From Oscillospiraceae bacterium (GTDB lineage Bacteria; Bacillota; Clostridia; Oscillospirales; Acutalibacteraceae), in NCBI GenBank assembly GCA_029225165.1, contig JAQXVY010000017.1, forward strand, positions 43,562-107,561: a DNA stretch of 64,000 bases. The letters are read 5' to 3'. The position numbers and the translations under genes were made by a program. Positions 58,330-64,000 of the stretch are shown piece after piece. The notes under the pieces are model-generated. The model saw only the letters and a program-made list of their open reading frames with translations, did not search any database and was not told where the DNA came from. Position 1 is the first letter of the stretch. The number at the start of each line of letters is the position of its first letter.

Positions 58330-59451
58330 TCATTTGAACGGTGTCGTCACCTTGTTTTTCAGATCGCAGCGTGTTATATCATCCCAGTTGCGGCGGATGA
58401 CGATATCGGCGGTAAGGTCGGTATTGTCATACGCAACGGACCACTGGGTGTTGCTTGTGAGGTCTTCGTCGTCAGGCTCTTGTGCTGCCGATTTCACCCC
58501 GTTCCATACGGTTTCTTCAGTGTAATTGCCTTTTTCCTTCTCCAGCACCTTCAGTACGGCGTCATAGCGTTCCCTGCCGTGACCGTAGATACCGTTTTTC
58601 TGATTTGGAAGCACCTTATCCTTATAACGAATGAGGAAATTAGTAACCGCCTCTGACGGAGTATCTATAAGCTCTCTTGGTTCGCCGTTAATGTCATACT
58701 CTATTACTCTGCCATCCCCTGATGCATCGGTTATGTAGAAATGGTAATCTCTACCGGCTGAAGAGAACATATCATAGTTACGCAAAAGTTCCACTGCTTC
58801 CTCTGTGGTTGCCGCTTTGTCAAGAACAAGGCGTATTGCAAGAGTAGTTGAAATGACAGGCTTGCCTGTGTTTTGGCGTACAGGATCACTATCAAGTATC
58901 AACACAGCGATAGACACGCCCTTCTCGTTCATACCGTCAAGACATACAAAAGGTGCAGTCAGGCTTGCCATCTTCTTTTTGATACTCTCATCAGGCACAT
59001 TTGCCCCAACATTGTCAAGTGCTGCAAAGCCAACAGACTTATAGCCGTCCTCCGGCTCACAGTAAACCATCATAGCAGATGTATTTTTACTAAAATCGTA
59101 ATTTCGTCCCATATAAGCATTGCCGTCCTTATCGGTCAGCGAAAATGCCGTACAGCCGAAATTTGGTGCCTTGATACTTACAGGGAGCATTGGCAACGCC
59201 TCTTTCAAAATTGCGTCAATCATCGACTGATCGTCCTTAATGCCGTAGTCTATAATATCGTCAATATCGTAATCGTATTTCACATCCATACGATAGAGGT
59301 TGTATCCATCCTTGTAATCTGTAAGCTGTTCAATACTGCCGATGGTCTGGAATCTGGTAAAATACAGCACCACAAACGCAACGACGGCTAATACAACAAC
59401 CGACAAAATCCCCAACAAAACTATCAAAACTCGTTTCTTTACTTTACTCAT
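58330..59451 (-). CDS. Ntn hydrolase (choloylglycine hydrolase / linear amide C-N hydrolase family), membrane-anchored
   Basis: GCTAF nucleophile Cys, GRNYDF, DGMNEKG, TQWS. Confidence 0.88.
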   Translation of the reverse strand: MSKVKKRVLIVLLGILSVVVLAVVAFVVLYFTRFQTIGSIEQLTDYKDGYNLYRMDVKYDYDIDDIIDYGIKDDQSMIDAILKEALPMLPVSIKAPNFGCTAFSLTDKDGNAYMGRNYDFSKNTSAMMVYCEPEDGYKSVGFAALDNVGANVPDESIKKKMASLTAPFVCLDGMNEKGVSIAVLILDSDPVRQNTGKPVISTTLAIRLVLDKAATTEEAVELLRNYDMFSSAGRDYHFYITDASGDGRVIEYDINGEPRELIDTPSEAVTNFLIRYKDKVLPNQKNGIYGHGRERYDAVLKVLEKEKGNYTEETVWNGVKSAAQEPDDEDLTSNTQWSVAYDNTDLTADIVIRRNWDDITRCDLKNKVTTPFK

Positions 59452-59585
59452 ACAGTTTCCTCCTTATAGGTTTGGTATAAATACCGTTAGTTAATAACTT
59501 TTATATTATTTCATCAATATAGGCATTTCTTTTTAATAACCAATTATGTTATCAATGCAATAATCTTATTTAGGGCTTGTTTAAC

Positions 59586-60191
59586 TTATTCTGTAACAAA
59601 GCCCGACTTTGCCTTCGGGTTGTATTTCATAATATAGAGTTCAAGGGTTTCCTTCAGCGTTTCTATCTGAGATTTCATATAGAACTCATCCTCAAACAAT
59701 GCGTAATGTACGCAGGCTCTGACTAAAATAAAAATAAGCGGCGTCAGCTTTTCGTAGGGAATACCCAGCTTGCCCTCTAAGCTCTTTGCGTACTCTGTAT
59801 ATCGTTCATCTACACCTTGAAAGAACTTCTGACCGTATTCTCTGTATTTCGGGTGGGTATACACCTGATACATCACACGGTATTTTTTTCCGTGCTTTTC
59901 TGCCGTCCAGTAGGGTATCTCGTCCATAAACCGCCACAAGTCCTCTACATCTGTGGGGGCTTTCGCCATAAACTCATCTTCCACCTTGCTCATACAGTAT
60001 TCTGTGGACTTTACGATAAGGTCATCCAAATCCTTAAAATATGTATAAATCATAGATGTGTTATATCCGCAATATTTAGCCAAGGTACGAATCCCTGTGC
60101 CGTGGAGTCCTAACTCAGCGAAGCCGTTAAAGCACGTTTCCATAAGTCTAATCTGTTTAGCATTCCATTGCTCTTCGGTATAATTTGCCAT
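59586..60191 (-). CDS. TetR/AcrR family regulator
   Basis: F.E.G..GT.IR.LA...G.....IY.YF..LDDL. Confidence 0.88.
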   Translation of the reverse strand: MANYTEEQWNAKQIRLMETCFNGFAELGLHGTGIRTLAKYCGYNTSMIYTYFKDLDDLIVKSTEYCMSKVEDEFMAKAPTDVEDLWRFMDEIPYWTAEKHGKKYRVMYQVYTHPKYREYGQKFFQGVDERYTEYAKSLEGKLGIPYEKLTPLIFILVRACVHYALFEDEFYMKSQIETLKETLELYIMKYNPKAKSGFVTE

Positions 60192-60344
60192 CTTAATCCC
60201 CCCTTAATTCAAATCATTCGTAACGGATAAAGTATAGCATATATGGGATAGAAAATCAATATTTTTCGCAGTATTAATGTACCGGCTTTACCCTCTGTAA
60301 TCATATTGCATAAGCGAAAATTTGATATGGAAATAAAATATATT

Positions 60345-60509
60345 TACGGAAACACTGAATAAATCACTTTACACATCTTGTTTGCATATTTTCCGCCGGT
60401 TAGCCCAAAAAATCCTCGGAATGCGTCAGCATTACTGCGGTTTTTTGAACTAACCGACAAAAAATCTGTCTGCACAATCTGTGCAAATGATTTAATCAGT
60501 GTTTCCGTA
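60345..60509. repeat. ~165-bp palindromic element (Clostridiales-1-RNA/REP-like)
   Basis: Terminal IR tacggaaacactga / tcagtgtttccgta; core ccgcagtaatgc-tgac-gcattccgagga on the minus strand. Confidence 0.72.
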
Positions 60510-60914
60510 TATATTTTTCTTGATTTTAAGTATATTCTGTCCGTCCTTATATTCATAAGTAATTTCATCCATACTTTTTTTAACAATATATATTCCAAGT
60601 CCGCCAATACTGCGTTCTTCCGCCGAAAGCGTTGTGTCAGGCTCCCGGGCGGAAAGGGGATCATACTGCACTCCATGGTCAATAAAGGTGATAATAACTG
60701 CAAGAGGATTTTCATTTACTTCCACACGAACTGTGGCAGGACCTACATCGGGTTTATAGGCATAATGAGCAATATTTCCGAACAATTCGTCAATAGCAAT
60801 ATCAATCTGCATTTTTGCCTTTAAAGGACATCCGAATTCTTCAAGCTGCTCATCAACAAAATCAGTTACCGATGTAATATTTTCAACAGTTGCATCAATG
60901 GTTAATTCTTTCAT
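60492..60914 (-). CDS. anti-sigma factor / RsbW-like Ser kinase (HATPase_c_2)
   Basis: IAIDELFGNIAHYAY, D.G..YDPL, GGLGIYIVKKSMD. Confidence 0.9.
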   Translation of the reverse strand: MKELTIDATVENITSVTDFVDEQLEEFGCPLKAKMQIDIAIDELFGNIAHYAYKPDVGPATVRVEVNENPLAVIITFIDHGVQYDPLSAREPDTTLSAEERSIGGLGIYIVKKSMDEITYEYKDGQNILKIKKNIYGNTD

Positions 60915-60922
60915 TTTTATTC

Positions 60923-63349
60923 CTACTCCATCTTATTTTTGTACTTAAGATTAAGCATAGTAATATCGTCAAATTGCGGAGCATCTCCGACAAAACTGTC
61001 TATGTCATTCTTTACAAGCTCACACCGTGACTTTGAATCAACACATTTATTTTCGTTCAGTAGTCTGAGCAATCTGTCCTCGCCATAAAGATTTTCCTGA
61101 ACATCTGTTGCCTCGGTTACACCGTCGGTATATAGGAAAATTTCGTCTCCCGGTTCAAGCTGAAGTTCGTTTTTGCAATATTTTATACCATCCATTCCGG
61201 CAAGGATAAATCCCGCAGGGCATTTCAGATATTCAAAAGAACCGTCTTTGCGGCGAATAAGAGGTGGATTGTGACCGGCATTTGCAAAGTCAACACGCCC
61301 GGTTTTTAAATCAAGAATTCCCATCCACGCCGTAACAAACATTCCGGCATCGTTATTTTCGCAAAGTTTTTCATTTGCCAAGGTAAATATGTCGTTAATT
61401 TCATTTCCTGCCTCTGCAAGGCTTTTTATCAGGGTTTTTGAGGTCATCATAAACATTGCAGCCGGGATACCCTTGCCGGAAACATCGGCAATTAAAAATG
61501 CCAATCTGCTTTCACCAAGGAGGTAAAAATCATAGAAATCACCGCCCACCTCTTTTGCTGTTGTCATACTTGCGTAAATGTCAAATTCAGTCCTGTTAGG
61601 GTACGGAGGAAATACACTTGGTAAAGCCGAATACTGAATAGTCTTTGCAAATTCAAGCTCTTTGTCAATTCGTGCTGCTGCCTCCGCTATATAGCCTTTC
61701 AGTGTAACAACGGTTGAGTTAATATCATCTGAAAGGGAAGCAAACTCCTCGTTACTGCGGACATCAACCGTAACATCAAGGTTGCCGCCTGTAATTTCTG
61801 CAAGCGAATTATTTATCTTACGGATGTTGTTGACGATAAGCTTTTTAATGAGCAGGTACACAAGGATAAAAAGTGCTCCGAACACAACAAAAAGCATAAA
61901 CGCTGTTATATAAATTGATAAATCCTTTGAAAACTCTACCTCTTCCTGAGGAATAACCGCAATAATATGATACCCCTCGGACACAACATACATACAATAA
62001 CACTGTTGTCCGTAAACCTTGGCAGAAAAGCACTCCTGCTGCGCCGTCTTATCAGCGTCAATACTTATTCCGGTAATGCCGAGATTTTTTCCCTCATTAT
62101 CTTTTCTGTCGCTTACTATTTCTCCTTTTTCATTTGCGATTATTATTGAGCCGTTTTCCCCCACATGACGGTTTCGGGTAACGCCAATCACCTGCTTGTC
62201 AATATCACGCTGAAAACGCTGTGCATCATAAGCAACCTGAACAAAACCGCTGTCAAGGGCAACTCCGGCATATTTTCTCATAATATCGTAGTCGGAAGCT
62301 GTCGGACCGTATTTCTGCACAAATTCCTTGGTCTTGCCGTCCAGCAACACAAGAAATTCTTTCGACTGCTCTCCGCCTTTCATATTGTAATTAACAAAGG
62401 CGTCGTTGGTCGATAATATAATGATACCTCTTTTATCAATTATATTTATTTCAGACACATCATACTTTTCTTTAAGCCGGTTGAGGTATTCATTTGAGAT
62501 ATTATCCTGACCCATAATATCATTTGCAATCAATTTTGTTAAATCCAGTAAATTTTCATCTGACGCATCGCTTACATCGGCTTTTACATCAGCAATATTA
62601 AGATTTAATAATTCATATGTGTCACTTTGTGCCAGTTGGGACTGCAAAAACATTGAAAAGCTTATGGTTATAACAAAAGCAACAGTTACACATAAAAACA
62701 GCCAACGGGAGAAGGTCTGGGATATTTTGCGCATATCGTGGCGTTCTCGTCTTATACCGTTTCCTATTAATGAAACAAGTAAAATCGCAAACATCACTGC
62801 CAATGCATTTAAAGAAACCATAAGAAATGTACATTTGCGAACAATGGTAAAGGCAGTATGCACATCTGACAAATTGGTTAGGAATATCATCAGCATATCA
62901 AATGTCTCCGTTAATGTTGCAATAACCAAACCGTAAAACCAAGATGTTTTTTTGTTGTCAAACAAAAATTTACGAGTTACAGCGGCTAAAACACCTGCCA
63001 ATACCGTGGTGATGGAGCAAGCTATCTGCGTATAAGCACCTGCACCCCAGAATGCTGCAAAAAAACGCTCTATTCCGCCCATTAATCCGGAGATGATTCC
63101 GGCAGGCGCACCAAAAATCAGACCTGCACAAAGTGGGGCTGAATTGCGGATATTAATATTCGTACCGTCAACATTAACGCCAAATTCAGTACCGCAGATT
63201 GCAATTATGCCAAAGACAAGCCCTATAATAATCTGCTTATATATGTATTTAATTTTATTGAATCCTGTTTTTTTATCAATCAGATACATAAGGACCGAGA
63301 ATATTACCGGCACTGCCGCCGTAAGTGACAGTTTCATAAACATAGGCAT
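60923..63349 (-). CDS. SpoIIE/RsbU-type PP2C phosphatase with 5TM-LytS sensor and HAMP domain
   Basis: VGGDFYDF, ADVSGKG, MFVT, NAGHNPP, YTDGVTEA, DDITM. Confidence 0.92.
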   Translation of the reverse strand: MPMFMKLSLTAAVPVIFSVLMYLIDKKTGFNKIKYIYKQIIIGLVFGIIAICGTEFGVNVDGTNINIRNSAPLCAGLIFGAPAGIISGLMGGIERFFAAFWGAGAYTQIACSITTVLAGVLAAVTRKFLFDNKKTSWFYGLVIATLTETFDMLMIFLTNLSDVHTAFTIVRKCTFLMVSLNALAVMFAILLVSLIGNGIRRERHDMRKISQTFSRWLFLCVTVAFVITISFSMFLQSQLAQSDTYELLNLNIADVKADVSDASDENLLDLTKLIANDIMGQDNISNEYLNRLKEKYDVSEINIIDKRGIIILSTNDAFVNYNMKGGEQSKEFLVLLDGKTKEFVQKYGPTASDYDIMRKYAGVALDSGFVQVAYDAQRFQRDIDKQVIGVTRNRHVGENGSIIIANEKGEIVSDRKDNEGKNLGITGISIDADKTAQQECFSAKVYGQQCYCMYVVSEGYHIIAVIPQEEVEFSKDLSIYITAFMLFVVFGALFILVYLLIKKLIVNNIRKINNSLAEITGGNLDVTVDVRSNEEFASLSDDINSTVVTLKGYIAEAAARIDKELEFAKTIQYSALPSVFPPYPNRTEFDIYASMTTAKEVGGDFYDFYLLGESRLAFLIADVSGKGIPAAMFMMTSKTLIKSLAEAGNEINDIFTLANEKLCENNDAGMFVTAWMGILDLKTGRVDFANAGHNPPLIRRKDGSFEYLKCPAGFILAGMDGIKYCKNELQLEPGDEIFLYTDGVTEATDVQENLYGEDRLLRLLNENKCVDSKSRCELVKNDIDSFVGDAPQFDDITMLNLKYKNKME

Positions 63350-63372
63350 ATTTATTTCTCCTGTTGTTCTAA

Positions 63373-63399
63373 GGAAACACTGAATAAATCAGTGTTTCC
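63373..63399. repeat. collapsed (ends-only) copy of the 60345-60509 element
   Basis: ggaaacactga-ataaa-tcagtgtttcc. Confidence 0.75.
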
Positions 63400-63495
63400 C
63401 TATATTATAGACTAAACCGCAATTAGGATACACTTTGCATCAAAATTGCGGTTCTTATTTGCCGATTCACCAAATAAAAGATATTCGGTGTTCAC

Positions 63496-64000
63496 TTAGT
63501 TAAAATCAAAGAAACCAAGTCCTCGAAGCGCACTGATAAAGCGTTTCATATAGTCAAGGGATGTCACAGGCCAGCGGAATCCCATTCTGTAAAGCACCTG
63601 CATAGTATATTTATTGCTTTTTTCAACGGAGAATATCTTTTGACCATGTGCCATATTTTGGTAGGCAAGCATACTGGAAAGGATTTTTGCCTTATCGGGA
63701 TTTTGTTTTGCTTCTTCCAGCGCCTTTTCGTATTCCTCTGTTTCTGCAGCCTTGGAATGAAGTCCGATTCTATCCATCTCCATATACAAGTCGCCCATCA
63801 TCAGCATATGATTGTTGAAGGGGTGGAATACAGTACAGTTCTTTGGAGTCTGTGACAGAAGTAGGATTGCTTTTGCCACACAATCTATTGGAGAAAGCTC
63901 AAAGGGCATTTCTATCATATCATAGGGATATTTTCCGATGATAATATTGGATTTTAGCCTGCCCATAAATGTGTTTGTGGTAAAGTTAATCTGATACTCG
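63496..64000 (-). CDS. C-terminal end of an NRPS-type thioester reductase (SDR) domain protein; runs off window
   Basis: Frame open to window edge: EYQINFTTNTFMGRLK...ELSPIDCVAKAIL...VFHPFN...LYRMGFRWP. Confidence 0.7.
   Translation of the reverse strand, partial: EYQINFTTNTFMGRLKSNIIIGKYPYDMIEMPFELSPIDCVAKAILLLSQTPKNCTVFHPFNNHMLMMGDLYMEMDRIGLHSKAAETEEYEKALEEAKQNPDKAKILSSMLAYQNMAHGQKIFSVEKSNKYTMQVLYRMGFRWPVTSLDYMKRFISALRGLGFFDFN

Overview
Low-GC Clostridia (Ruminococcus/Oscillospiraceae-like, inferred from gene content) chromosome segment. Left flank (1-7415): start of the S10 ribosomal operon (rpsJ-rplC-rplD), housekeeping genes and tRNA-Arg, -Thr and -Tyr. Four bases after the tRNA-Tyr CCA begins a ~49.9 kb integrative conjugative element (7420-57328) bounded by a perfect 19-bp terminal inverted repeat. 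It carries orphan DNA methyltransferases (one apparently two-chain, encoded in overlapping frames), a thioester/pilin adhesin with sortase B, a Gram-positive T4SS (VirB2/3/4/6, hydrolase, VirD4), a MobP3-type relaxase, an AbiH-like gene and an amidoligase/GGCT pair. It also carries a WapA-like RHS polymorphic toxin locus with two orphan toxin-immunity modules next to a LytTR/GHKL system, a sigma-70-like regulator followed by a ~500-nt structured non-coding region, a three-gene serine recombinase module, and a 50-aa ORF plus a ~1400-aa FRG-domain protein. Right flank: Ntn hydrolase, TetR, anti-sigma/PP2C partner-switch genes and the 3' end of an NRPS-type reductase domain. Family names come from recognising motifs by eye; no database searches were run.
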